A stretch of DNA of 64,000 nucleotides. Source: Candidatus Desulfopertinax cowenii (lineage in GTDB: Bacteria; Bacillota; Desulfotomaculia; Desulfotomaculales; Desulforudaceae). Made by a program: the position numbers and the translations under genes. How positions within the stretch are numbered: the first letter of the stretch is position 1; each line of letters begins with the position of its first letter. This document shows, piece by piece, positions 55,090 through 64,000 of the stretch. Location: positions 148,564 to 212,563 of the forward strand of contig MPOA01000001.1 in assembly GCA_001899445.1 (NCBI GenBank). The letters are read 5' to 3'. The notes under the pieces were generated by a model. It saw only the letters and a program-made list of their open reading frames with translations. It had not been told where the DNA came from and made no database searches.

Positions 55090-56905
55090 AAGTCTGTTCG
55101 TTTACCAGATTGCCATCGATATAGGAACTGATCGTCGCCCGGCCGTAGTAGCGCACGGACCGGGAAACCCGCTCTCCCGACTCGTGTTCGCCGCTGTACG
55201 CTTCACGTTCGCCCTGGGCATCCCGGACCACAATTACCAGCGTATGGGGCTGTCCATCGTTGGGAATGTTGTTGTAAACCGTCACGGACCGGGCCTCAGG
55301 CCCCGGCCCCTCGCTAACGGTGAGTTTTACCACGGTGTCCTCCTGGACCTCGTCCCCACCCCGGGGATCCTGGGCGATGACCCGGCCCGCGGGGTATTCA
55401 CGACTCACTTTTTTACTCACCTCCGGCACAGTCAACAGGCCAGCTTCGGCGAGTTTGGCCCGGGCCGCGCTTTCCTCCAGGCCGATCAGGTTGGGAACCG
55501 CGATCAAATCCGGCCGGGGCGAACGGGCGCTGACGAACAGCCGCACCTTGTCGCCCTTGGGGTGGACCGTGTTTGGCCCCGGCTCGGTCCGCACCACCGT
55601 TCCCGGCGGGGAGAATTCGTCGGTGACCGCTTTCTCCTCCCCGATTTCAAAACCACTCGCCCGCAGCCGCGACCGGGCCTCGGCCAGGGTTCGGCCGATG
55701 ACGTCTGGTACCCGGACCATCTCCGGCCCGCGGCTTACGGTGAGAAAAATGACCCGCTGCTGCTTCACCCGGCTGCCTGGCTCTACGTCTTGCTTGATCA
55801 CCACGCCCAATTCCTCGGAACTGTATTCCTCGGACACCGAAGTCCGCAAGCCCAAACTCTCCAGTTCGCGTTGGGCATCGGCCAGGAGCAAGCCCTCAAC
55901 CGGGGGCACGACCACCTCCGGGACCTGCATGTAGCTTTGCAGGCCGAAGAACCCACCGATGGCTAGGCCGACCACAGCCAGAATGATCGCCACCAGCGCA
56001 CCGCTACTCAGCCGTTTCCCGGAGGACCGGGCCGGCTCGTAAACCATAGTTGCCGAGCTAACCGTCTCCTCATCTTCCCCGTTGAGCCTGATCGCTTTCA
56101 GTTCTGCGGCCATTTCCCGGGCGGAGGCAAACCGGTCGGCCGGGGTTTTAGCCATTGCCCGGCGGATAATCCGATCGAACTCGGGGGACACCTCCGGGTT
56201 GCGCTCCTGGAGGGGCGGTACTTCGTCCTGGATATGCTTAAGGGCAATGGAAACCGGATTGCCCCCGTTGAAAGGCACCGTTCCGGTCAGCATCTCGTAC
56301 AGCACAACCCCCAGCGCGTAGATATCCGACTGGGCGTCAGCCGTGTCGCCCCGGGCCTGTTCCGGGGAAATGTAGTGCACCGAACCCACCAGGTTCTTGG
56401 TTTGCACCAGGGTCGCGGCCGTGCTCTCCCGGGCAATACCAAAGTCGGCCAGCTTAGCCTGGCCATTTTTAGTAATCAGTATATTGTACGGCTTCACGTC
56501 GCGGTGAATGATTTTGTGGTAGTGGGCGTGTTCAAGGGCGTCACAGACCTGGCAAGCAATGGCCACCACGCGGGCGGGTGTCAGCCGGCCCTCGCGCCTG
56601 ATCACGCTTTTCAGGTCTTCACCGTCAACATACTCCATCACCAGATAGTGCACGTCCCCCTCCTGTCCGACGTCATAAACGTTGACGATGTTGGGATGGG
56701 ACAGACTGGCCACCGCCCGCGCCTCCCGGTGAAAGCGCGTCACAAACTCCTCGTCGGTGCTGAATTCGGAACGCAGCACCTTGATGGTGACCGACCGCTG
56801 CAACAGCGAATCGTGGGCCTTAAAAACCTCCGCCATCCCGCCGACGCCCAGTTTTTCTGCTATTTCATAGCGGTTTCCCAAAACTTTGCCGATCATGTCG
56901 CTCAA
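55082..56905 (-). CDS. prkC: Ser/Thr protein kinase with PASTA repeats
   Basis: Has a Hanks kinase domain (HRDVKPYNIL, DFG), a single TM and three PASTA repeats. Confidence 0.92.
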   Translation of the reverse strand: MSDMIGKVLGNRYEIAEKLGVGGMAEVFKAHDSLLQRSVTIKVLRSEFSTDEEFVTRFHREARAVASLSHPNIVNVYDVGQEGDVHYLVMEYVDGEDLKSVIRREGRLTPARVVAIACQVCDALEHAHYHKIIHRDVKPYNILITKNGQAKLADFGIARESTAATLVQTKNLVGSVHYISPEQARGDTADAQSDIYALGVVLYEMLTGTVPFNGGNPVSIALKHIQDEVPPLQERNPEVSPEFDRIIRRAMAKTPADRFASAREMAAELKAIRLNGEDEETVSSATMVYEPARSSGKRLSSGALVAIILAVVGLAIGGFFGLQSYMQVPEVVVPPVEGLLLADAQRELESLGLRTSVSEEYSSEELGVVIKQDVEPGSRVKQQRVIFLTVSRGPEMVRVPDVIGRTLAEARSRLRASGFEIGEEKAVTDEFSPPGTVVRTEPGPNTVHPKGDKVRLFVSARSPRPDLIAVPNLIGLEESAARAKLAEAGLLTVPEVSKKVSREYPAGRVIAQDPRGGDEVQEDTVVKLTVSEGPGPEARSVTVYNNIPNDGQPHTLVIVVRDAQGEREAYSGEHESGERVSRSVRYYGRATISSYIDGNLVNEQTFE

Positions 56906-57615
56906 AGCACCACCAGAATTAGGGTAATGTTGTCAGTTCCGCCCCGGTCCAAGGCCAACCGCAGAAGGTCCTGGACTCTCTGTTCGGGATCGTCCACACT
57001 CTCGATCAGGGCCCGAATTGTTTCGTCCGGCACCTGGTTGGTCAACCCGTCGGTACAAAGCAACACCCGGTCGCCGGCCCGGACCGCAACCTGACGCAGA
57101 TCAACCTCCAGTTCGGCCTCTGTTCCCAGAGCCCGGCTCAACACGTTACGGTAGAGATGCAACGGAACATCCTCGGCCCGGATGCGGCCCTCATTCAGGA
57201 GCTCCTGGATCACCGAGTGGTCTTCCGTTAGCTGTAACATTTCCTCGGAGCGCACCAGGTAAACCCGGCTGTCCCCTACATGGGCCAGAAACAGGCGGTC
57301 CCCCCGGATGACACAGGCCGAAAGCGTGGTACCCATACCGTTATACGTTTCATTTCGGGATGATTCCTCAAATACCTGTCGGTTAGCCTCTTTCACTGCC
57401 TGCAGGAGTGAATTGCCAACGTCTCCGCTCTCGTCAACAAGTCGCTGAAACTGCTGGTTGAGCACCGCTAGGGCCAGCCGGCTGGCCACCTCCCCGGCCT
57501 GGTGACCACCCATGCCATCGGCCACGGCGAACAACCCGTACTCGCCGTTTACGCAAAGGCCATCCTCGTTTTTGGCCCGCACAAGGCCGGCACTGGTCAC
57601 AGAACTCCAACGCAT
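56902..57615 (-). CDS. stp: PP2C-family Ser/Thr phosphatase
   Basis: Contains the motifs NEDG, ADGMGGH and GGTDNIT. It is translationally coupled to prkC. Confidence 0.92.
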   Translation of the reverse strand: MRWSSVTSAGLVRAKNEDGLCVNGEYGLFAVADGMGGHQAGEVASRLALAVLNQQFQRLVDESGDVGNSLLQAVKEANRQVFEESSRNETYNGMGTTLSACVIRGDRLFLAHVGDSRVYLVRSEEMLQLTEDHSVIQELLNEGRIRAEDVPLHLYRNVLSRALGTEAELEVDLRQVAVRAGDRVLLCTDGLTNQVPDETIRALIESVDDPEQRVQDLLRLALDRGGTDNITLILVVL

Positions 57616-57621
57616 TCCCTT

Positions 57622-58671
57622 TCACTCCCTGCGGCGCGGTGGCCGGTATCGCCGCCGGAGCTGACCGCATGCCGCCCCGATATCGGCCCCCATCTCCCGG
57701 CGGACTGACACCGGAATTCCCCGCGCCTCAAGTACCCGCCGGAAGGTTCCGACAGCCGCGGCGGTCGGTGCTGTGAAATCGTATTCCGGCACCGGGTTAG
57801 CCGGAATCAGGTTTACGTGGCCGCGCGCGTGCGCCAGCAGTCCGGCCAGTTCCATGGCCAGCTCCGGCGTGTCGTTGATGCCGCCCAAAAGGGCGTACTC
57901 GAAAGAAACTCGCCGCCCCGTCCGGCGGGCGTACTCCACGCAGGCCGGAATCAACTCTTCCAGGGGATATTTCCGGTTCACCGGCACCAAAATGTCCCGC
58001 AACTCGTTGTTGGGTGCGTGCAGGGACACCGCCAGCGTCAGGCCATAATCTCTCCGGGCCAGGTCCCGGATCCGGGGCACCAGGCCACACGTGGACAGGG
58101 TGATCCGCCGCTGGCTGAGGTGCAAGCCGTAAGCGGCGCTCACGTTGTCGATGAACCTCACCGTATTCCCGTAATTGTCGAGGGGCTCCCCCATCCCCAT
58201 GAGCACAACGTGGGTAACATTTTCCCCGCTCGCCCGTTGGACGCTCAAGAGTTGCTCGTAGATCTCCCCGGCCCGAAGGTGACGCACCCAGCCCCCCAGG
58301 CCCGAGGCACAGAACCGGCAGCCCATGCGGCAACCGACCTGGGTGGATACGCAGACCGTCCGGCCGTAATCGTGGCGCATCAGTACCGTCTCCACGGAGT
58401 TGCCGTCGGCTAGACCCAGGAGGTACTTAACCGTATCGCCCTTCGCCGACACCCGGGAGTCGATAATCTCCAGGCGGCCGATCATAGCGTCCCCGGACAG
58501 GTAGTCGCGTAAACGCGCCGGCAGGTTGGTCATCTCCCCAAAGGAAGAAACCCCTTTTTTAAACACCCACTCCGCCAGCTGCCGCGCCCGGTACCGGGGC
58601 TCGCCATAGGTGGCAACCAGAGCTTCCAGTTCTTCTAGGGTCAGATCTTTGAGGTCAACGATAACAGTCAC
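57622..58671 (-). CDS. rlmN: 23S rRNA/tRNA (adenine-C2)-methyltransferase, radical SAM
   Basis: Contains CVSTQVGCRMGCRFCASG and the C-terminal GADIGAACGQL. Confidence 0.93.
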   Translation of the reverse strand: MTVIVDLKDLTLEELEALVATYGEPRYRARQLAEWVFKKGVSSFGEMTNLPARLRDYLSGDAMIGRLEIIDSRVSAKGDTVKYLLGLADGNSVETVLMRHDYGRTVCVSTQVGCRMGCRFCASGLGGWVRHLRAGEIYEQLLSVQRASGENVTHVVLMGMGEPLDNYGNTVRFIDNVSAAYGLHLSQRRITLSTCGLVPRIRDLARRDYGLTLAVSLHAPNNELRDILVPVNRKYPLEELIPACVEYARRTGRRVSFEYALLGGINDTPELAMELAGLLAHARGHVNLIPANPVPEYDFTAPTAAAVGTFRRVLEARGIPVSVRREMGADIGAACGQLRRRYRPPRRRE

Positions 58672-58696
58672 CTCATCACTTAGCCCCTAACCTAGC

Positions 58697-60052
58697 CTAC
58701 ATGTATTTTCGCCGCAGTCGCGCGATGAAGAAACCGTCCATCGCGTGGGTGTGCGGGTAGATCTCCAGATAGCCCTGCGCCATTTCTTTTGCCCCCAACC
58801 CGGCGGGCAGGAAAGGACGCAGGTCCTCGAAAACGAAGTCGTGATGGTGCGCCAGGAACCCTTGCACCTGTCCCAGGTTTTCCTCGTAGGTGATGGTGCA
58901 GGTGCCGTACACCAGGACCCCGCCGGGGCGCACGCACTGGGCGGCCCCGGCCAGAATCGACTCCTGGAGACGCACCAGCCCGGTGATTTGCCCCGGTTCT
59001 TTGCGCCAACGGGCGTCCGGCCGCCGCCGCAGAACGCCCAGTCCGGAACAGGGGGCGTCCACCAGCACGTAATCCGCCCAGCCAGCAAACGGACCCGGCA
59101 GATCCCGGGCATCCAAAAGCATGGTTTCCACGTTCGTGATTCCGAGCCGACGGCAGTTTTCCGCCACCAAGTCGAGCTTATGCGGGTGGATGTCCATGGC
59201 CTTGATGACCCCTTCGTTCTGCATCAGTTGGGCCATGTGGGTGGTCTTACCCCCCGGCGCGCTGCAAACGTCCAAAACCCGGGCGCCGGGCGCCGGATTC
59301 ACGGCGTGGGCGACCAGCATGGAACTCTCATCCTGGATTTGGAACAGGCCTTCCTGGAAGGAAGACAGGGAACGTATGGAAAGAAATCCGTCGATTTGCA
59401 GGCCATCCGGGGCAATCTCCGTCCGCCGGACGGTAAGCCCCTCCTGCACCAACCGGTGCATCAGCGTGTTCCGGTCCACCTTGAGGGTATTCGTCCGGAT
59501 GGTATTGGGCGGAATGGTGTTGTTCGCCTGGCACAGGGCAATGGTGCCCTCCGGCCCGAACTCGGTCAGCCACCGCTCCACCATCCAGGTGGGATGGGAA
59601 TACTTCAGGCTAATGTGGTCCACCGGATCCTCTTCCAGGTCCGGAAACACAATCTGGTCCTTTTGCCGGGCAATGTTGCGCAGCACACCGTTCACGAACC
59701 GGGCAGCCCCCGGCGTGCCAAACTTCTTGGCCAGTTCTACCGCTTCGTTGCAGGCAGCCCCGGGAGGAACCTTGTCCATGTAAAACAGCTGGTAAACCCC
59801 CAGGCGCAGAATGTTGCGGATCCACACGGTCTGGGCCCCCAGCGGTTGCTTCAGGTAACGGGCAGTGATCCAGTCCAGGGTGTTCAGGGTGCGCAACGTG
59901 CCGTAAGCCAGCTCGGTGGCGAAAGCGCGGTCCAGCTTGGTGGGGCGATATTCCTCTAGCGCCCGGTTGAGTGCCAGGTTGGCGTAAGCCCCGTCGGACT
60001 CCACCGCCTTCAAAATGTGCAAGGCGATCTCGCGTGCTGCTACTACCGTCAA
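58697..60052 (-). CDS. rsmB: 16S rRNA (cytosine967-C5)-methyltransferase
   Basis: Has an N-terminal NusB-like domain and the catalytic motifs DAPCSG and TCT. Confidence 0.92.
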   Translation of the reverse strand: MTVVAAREIALHILKAVESDGAYANLALNRALEEYRPTKLDRAFATELAYGTLRTLNTLDWITARYLKQPLGAQTVWIRNILRLGVYQLFYMDKVPPGAACNEAVELAKKFGTPGAARFVNGVLRNIARQKDQIVFPDLEEDPVDHISLKYSHPTWMVERWLTEFGPEGTIALCQANNTIPPNTIRTNTLKVDRNTLMHRLVQEGLTVRRTEIAPDGLQIDGFLSIRSLSSFQEGLFQIQDESSMLVAHAVNPAPGARVLDVCSAPGGKTTHMAQLMQNEGVIKAMDIHPHKLDLVAENCRRLGITNVETMLLDARDLPGPFAGWADYVLVDAPCSGLGVLRRRPDARWRKEPGQITGLVRLQESILAGAAQCVRPGGVLVYGTCTITYEENLGQVQGFLAHHHDFVFEDLRPFLPAGLGAKEMAQGYLEIYPHTHAMDGFFIARLRRKYM

Positions 60053-60084
60053 TTAGATCCCCTCGTTAAATCCCGCATGTCTTT

Positions 60085-61047
60085 CTACCTAGATTCTCCC
60101 AGTAGGATACCCGGGGCCAGCGGATGGCCGCGCAAAAAGTCCTCGGCGCGCATCCGCTTGCGTCCCGCCGGCTGCAACTCGTGAATCTTCAAGGCCCCCG
60201 CACCAGTCCGGACTACCAGGCCCTGTTCTGGGTCCGCCAGGAGCAGCCGTCCGGGCCGCATGTCCCCGCCTTCGAAATCTACGGCCTCGGCGCGCCACAC
60301 TTTCAGTTCCCGGCCGCCAAGCAAAGTGTAGGCGCCGGGCCAGGGATCCAGGCCCCGGACCTGGTTCTTGATCGCAGGCGCCGACCGGGTCCAGGCAATC
60401 AGTTCGTGCTCCCTGCGGATAGGCGGGGCATAGGTTGCCCGGGCTTCGTCCTGGGGACGGGCGGTAAGTTCACCCGCGGCGAGCCGGTCCAGGGTCTCCA
60501 CCAGCAGGGCGGCCCCCAGTCGGGCCAGGCGGTCGTGAACCAGGCCCATGTTATCGTCCGGCCCGATTAGAAGCGTCTTCTGCAGGAAGATGTCTCCGGT
60601 ATCCAGCCCCTCATCCATCAGCATGGTGGTGACACCGGTTTCCGGTTCCCCATTCATCACCGCCCAGTGAATGGGGGCAGCCCCCCGGTAGCGGGGCAAC
60701 AGTGAAGCGTGCACGTTGACGCATCCCAAGCGCGGAATCTTCAGGATTTCAGGCGGCAAAATCCGCCCGTACGCCACCACCACGATGACGTCCGGATTCA
60801 GGGCGCAGAGCAGCTCAATGAAGGCGGGGTCCTTCAACCTGACAGGCTGCAACACCTCCAGCCCCTGCTCCAGGCTGTACTGCTTCACCGGACCGGGGGT
60901 GAGTTTTCGCTTCCGGCCCCGCGGCCGGTCAGGCTGAGTCACCACCCGCAGGACCGGATACCCGGCTCCAACCAGAACCTGGAGCACGGGAACCGCAAAC
61001 TCCGGTGTACCCATATATATCAGACGCAGATTCCGGAAGCTGCTCAC
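60085..61047 (-). CDS. fmt: Methionyl-tRNA formyltransferase
   Basis: Contains FMGTPEFAVP and NVHASLLPRYRGAAPI. Confidence 0.95.
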   Translation of the reverse strand: MSSFRNLRLIYMGTPEFAVPVLQVLVGAGYPVLRVVTQPDRPRGRKRKLTPGPVKQYSLEQGLEVLQPVRLKDPAFIELLCALNPDVIVVVAYGRILPPEILKIPRLGCVNVHASLLPRYRGAAPIHWAVMNGEPETGVTTMLMDEGLDTGDIFLQKTLLIGPDDNMGLVHDRLARLGAALLVETLDRLAAGELTARPQDEARATYAPPIRREHELIAWTRSAPAIKNQVRGLDPWPGAYTLLGGRELKVWRAEAVDFEGGDMRPGRLLLADPEQGLVVRTGAGALKIHELQPAGRKRMRAEDFLRGHPLAPGILLGESR

Positions 61048-61505
61048 TCCTTCTTATAGACCCGCACCGCGCGGTCAAGGAACAAGATCCCGTCCAGGTG
61101 ATCGATTTCGTGCTGAAAAACACGCGAGGCCAAACCCTCCGCACTGTACGCCACCGGTTTACCTTTCAGATTGTAACCGCGCACGGTCAACCGCGGCGCC
61201 CGTTCCACCTGGCCCCAGATCCCGGGAACGCTCAGACAGCCTTCCTCGCCCAGTTCCGGGTCTCCTTCCAAGCGTACGATCTCCGGGTTGATGAGCACGA
61301 TCAAATTGTTCCCCAGATCCACCACCACCACCCGCTTTGAAACCCCGATCTGGGGCGCGGCCAGACCGACGCCGCCCGCATCATACATGGTCTCCACCAT
61401 GTTGGCGACCAGCTTTTCGATCTGGGGGGTAATTTTTTTGACCTCCCGGGCTTTCTCCCGCAGGATGGGGTCGGGATGCCGGACAATCTGGAAAACGGCC
61501 AAAAT
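61044..61505 (-). CDS. def: Peptide deformylase
   Basis: Contains GVGLAAPQIG, EGCLS and HEIDHL. The start is set at TTG 61505 (MAVFQIV...). Confidence 0.93.
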   Translation of the reverse strand: MLAVFQIVRHPDPILREKAREVKKITPQIEKLVANMVETMYDAGGVGLAAPQIGVSKRVVVVDLGNNLIVLINPEIVRLEGDPELGEEGCLSVPGIWGQVERAPRLTVRGYNLKGKPVAYSAEGLASRVFQHEIDHLDGILFLDRAVRVYKKE

Positions 61506-61536
61506 CCACACTCCCAAAACTAGAATGTATCCGAAA

Positions 61537-63756
61537 TCAGGTGAAATGCCGCGGGTCCATGTCCACGCTTACCACTACCCGGTCCCGGCTTTTGATGCCC
61601 TCGAACCTGTCCAGGGCTTCCCGCAGAACGTTACGTAGCACTTTCCGTTTTGGGGACTTTAAAATCAGCTGCCGGCGGAAATAGTCCTTTATTTTCGAAA
61701 CTGGTGGCGCTGCCGGACCCATCACCTGAACCTGTTCATCCCCCACCACCGCCAGGAGATCTCGGAGATCCCGGGCAGCGCGCTGCAACTGTGGCTCCCG
61801 CTTCCCTCTGAGGAGCACCCGGGCCAGCGTGGTAAAAGGCGGATAGCCCAATTCCCGGCGCAGGCTCATTTCCCGGATAAAAAACTGGGCGTAGTCCTGG
61901 TTGACAGCCGCCTGGATACTATAGTGTTCCGGGCGATAGGTTTGCACCACCACCTCACCCGGCACCGGGCCACGACCCGCCCGGCCCGCCACCTGGGTAA
62001 TCAACTGGAAAGTACGCTCCGCCGCCTGGTAATCGGGAAGCAGGAGGGTGGTATCAGCGTTAACCACGCCCACCAGCGTCACCCCGGGTAAATCAAGGCC
62101 CTTGGCGATCATCTGGGTGCCGATCAGAATGTCGGCGCGTCCTTCGCGAAACTCCGCCAGCACCCGATCGTGGCTCCGTTTCCGGGTCACGGTATCCCCG
62201 TCCAGCCGGAACACGCGCGCCTGCGGAAACAAACGGCGCGTTTCCTCCTCGATTCTTTGGGTGCCGGTTCCGAATCTGTTCAATTGTGTGCTCCCGCATT
62301 CCGGGCAAGCATCCGGCAGCGGCCGGCGGTACCCGCAGTAGTGACAACGCAGGAAACCGTCGTTATGATAGGTCAGGCTGATGGCGCAATGGTAGCAGCA
62401 CAACGCTTCACCGCACGCCCGGCACAACACAATGGTTGCGTAACCGCGCCGGTTCAAAAAAAGAATCACCTGTTGCCCCTCACGAAGCCTCTCGCTTATT
62501 TTGCCCGCCAGGTAGCGGCTAAAGACATGCCGGTTTCCGGCCTGAAGTTCTTCCCGCAGGTCCACCACCCTGACCGAGGGCAGGGCCCGGCCGTCCACCC
62601 GCCTAGTAAGCTTTAAGAGCCGGTAACGATTACCGGTCAACGCCCCGGCGTAAGTACGGAGGGCCGGGGTGGCGGACCCCTGAATCACCACCGCCCCGAA
62701 AAAGGCAGCGCGGGCCCGGGCCACTTCACCGGTCGAATACCGCGGACTCTCCTCCTGTTTATAACTGGGCTCGTGCTCCTCATCAAGCACAATCAGGCCG
62801 ATGTTCTGCAGCGGGGCAAAAACGGCGGAACGGGCGCCGACCACCAGCGGCGCTTCGCCCCGGAAAATCCGGTACCACTCGTCGTAGCGCTCTCCCGCCC
62901 CCAGACGGGAGTGCAGAATGGCCACCAGGCTGCCAAAGCGGGCCTTAAACTGGTGAATCAACTGGGAAGCAAGCGTAATCTCCGGCACCAGCACCAGGGC
63001 CTCGCGACCCCGCGCCAGGGTGGAGGCGGCGGCGCGCATGTAGATTTCGGTCTTGCCGCTCCCGGTGATCCCGTGCAGCAGAAACATTTCCCGCCGCTCT
63101 GACTGCAACCCGCGCTCAATATTCTCCAGGGCCACCATTTGCTCCGCCGTGAGACGGGGAAGCTCGGCGCCGGCTGCCACCTCTGGGTAGGGATCCCGCA
63201 CCACCACGCGCCGCGAGGTGGTCAGCACCCCCTTGTCCAGTAACCGGCTCACTACTCCGGGGGTGACGCCGGCCTGCGCCGCCAACTGCGTCCGGGTCAG
63301 ACCAGGGCGTTCCCCGGCGGTAAGCCAGGCCCGCCGCTGTTTCGGCGTCAGGCTGGCCTCGTCCGTAAGCGGCGCGGGCACCGCCCAGATCCCCTCTTCA
63401 AAACGCGGTCCCCTAGATGAGCGGGAAGGGGCGACGATACACTGCAGGGCCTGGGCCGTGGTACACAGATAGCGTCCAGCCATCCAGCGGGCCAGGGCGT
63501 AAAGCTCCGGCGTGAACGCCGGGCGGGAATCCAGTATCTTCACGATATCCTTGACGGGATCCACCGCGGCGTGGGAACGGAAACCGACCACGTATCCGGA
63601 AAGCTCCCGCCGCCCGAAGGGCACCAGTACGCGTGCCCCAGGGCACAGCTCCGCCTGCAGGTGCTTTGGCACCCCGTAGTGATAGACTTGATCCACCCGC
63701 GAGAGCGGCAGGTCCACCACGATCTCGGCGTAACACCGCTCAGGCACCGGCTCCAC
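61537..63756 (-). CDS. priA: Primosomal replication protein N' (PriA helicase)
   Basis: Has Walker A GITGSGKT, a DEEH box and the Cys-rich Zn-binding insertion (CRACG...CYHC...CHYCG...CPECG). Confidence 0.95.
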   Translation of the reverse strand: MEPVPERCYAEIVVDLPLSRVDQVYHYGVPKHLQAELCPGARVLVPFGRRELSGYVVGFRSHAAVDPVKDIVKILDSRPAFTPELYALARWMAGRYLCTTAQALQCIVAPSRSSRGPRFEEGIWAVPAPLTDEASLTPKQRRAWLTAGERPGLTRTQLAAQAGVTPGVVSRLLDKGVLTTSRRVVVRDPYPEVAAGAELPRLTAEQMVALENIERGLQSERREMFLLHGITGSGKTEIYMRAAASTLARGREALVLVPEITLASQLIHQFKARFGSLVAILHSRLGAGERYDEWYRIFRGEAPLVVGARSAVFAPLQNIGLIVLDEEHEPSYKQEESPRYSTGEVARARAAFFGAVVIQGSATPALRTYAGALTGNRYRLLKLTRRVDGRALPSVRVVDLREELQAGNRHVFSRYLAGKISERLREGQQVILFLNRRGYATIVLCRACGEALCCYHCAISLTYHNDGFLRCHYCGYRRPLPDACPECGSTQLNRFGTGTQRIEEETRRLFPQARVFRLDGDTVTRKRSHDRVLAEFREGRADILIGTQMIAKGLDLPGVTLVGVVNADTTLLLPDYQAAERTFQLITQVAGRAGRGPVPGEVVVQTYRPEHYSIQAAVNQDYAQFFIREMSLRRELGYPPFTTLARVLLRGKREPQLQRAARDLRDLLAVVGDEQVQVMGPAAPPVSKIKDYFRRQLILKSPKRKVLRNVLREALDRFEGIKSRDRVVVSVDMDPRHFT

Positions 63757-64000
63757 CGTCCCTGATTCTCAGCACCTCGTCCAGGAGACGCCAGGCCACC
63801 TCGTACTTGTCCATCTTGGGCAGCCGGAGAAGCTGGCCGTCCGGAAAAGCAAACACCACCGCGTTGGTTTCCACGTCAAACCCGGCGTCCGGTCGGGTAA
63901 CATCGTTGCCGACCACCAGGTCGGCGCCCTTTCTCCGAGCCTTATCCAGCGCTCGTTCCCCCGGGTCACCGGTTTCGGCTGCAAAACCGATCACCACCTG
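63740..64000 (-). CDS. coaBC: Bifunctional phosphopantothenoylcysteine decarboxylase/synthetase, C-terminal end (truncated by the window edge)
   Basis: The C-terminal CoaB region is present (IGFAAET....A..K...K..D.VV.NDV). The frame is open to the window edge. Confidence 0.8.
   Translation of the reverse strand, partial: QVVIGFAAETGDPGERALDKARRKGADLVVGNDVTRPDAGFDVETNAVVFAFPDGQLLRLPKMDKYEVAWRLLDEVLRIRDGGAGA

Noticed and set aside
58745-59959. Long antisense ORFs opposite real genes, for example 58745..59959(+) opposite rsmB, 33203..34219(+) opposite the MCP, 14854..15795(+) opposite feoB, 240..935(-) opposite selD, and 5113..5847(+) opposite the ATPase.
   Set aside because: These are shadow ORFs expected at about 60% GC. 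Their translations are Arg/Pro/Gly-rich with no motifs, while the opposite strand encodes well-recognised proteins.

Overview
High-GC (about 60%) chromosomal segment from an anaerobic, Firmicutes-like bacterium. The gene content looks Peptococcaceae/Desulfotomaculum-like, but that is inference only. The right-hand third (52.7-64 kb) is the conserved housekeeping cluster coaBC-priA-def-fmt-rsmB-rlmN-stp-prkC-rsgA-rpe-rex, all on the minus strand. The rest is mostly metabolism and transport. It holds selD next to a TupABC-type tungstate transporter, a P-type Ca2+-ATPase, an L,D-transpeptidase and a Zn/Mn ABC pair. It also holds nrdD-nrdG followed by a monomeric [FeFe]-hydrogenase, a feoA-feoB-(Cys-rich ORF)-DtxR-family operon, and an Rrf2 regulator with a cysteine desulfurase. 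Further along are a TAXI-TRAP transporter, an orphan GvpL/F protein, two MCPs with CheW and a HEAT-repeat protein, a DRG-like GTPase, PEP carboxykinase, acs with a DUF294 cNMP/CBS protein, two tandem paaK genes with an ACT protein, and cfa. The last block is a four-gene periplasmic [NiFe]-hydrogenase operon (small subunit, large subunit, HybA-like, NrfD-like). I found no rRNA, tRNA, CRISPR array, transposase or recognisable defence system. The most interesting observation is that the [NiFe]-hydrogenase large subunit is interrupted by a single in-frame UGA. This UGA sits exactly at the second Cys of the N-terminal RxCGxC metal-binding motif, has a hairpin just downstream, and shares the window with selD. 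That makes it a candidate selenocysteine at a position different from the C-terminal DPUxxC Sec of characterised [NiFeSe] enzymes. Other items worth a second look are an unusually GC-rich, about 0.8 kb non-coding island with nested inverted repeats between acs and paaK, a long structured leader in front of the hydrogenase operon, and several short tandem or palindromic repeat sets in promoter regions. An [FeFe]-hydrogenase with a deviant L1 H-cluster motif also stands out. All functional calls come from motif recognition by eye. No database searches were run.
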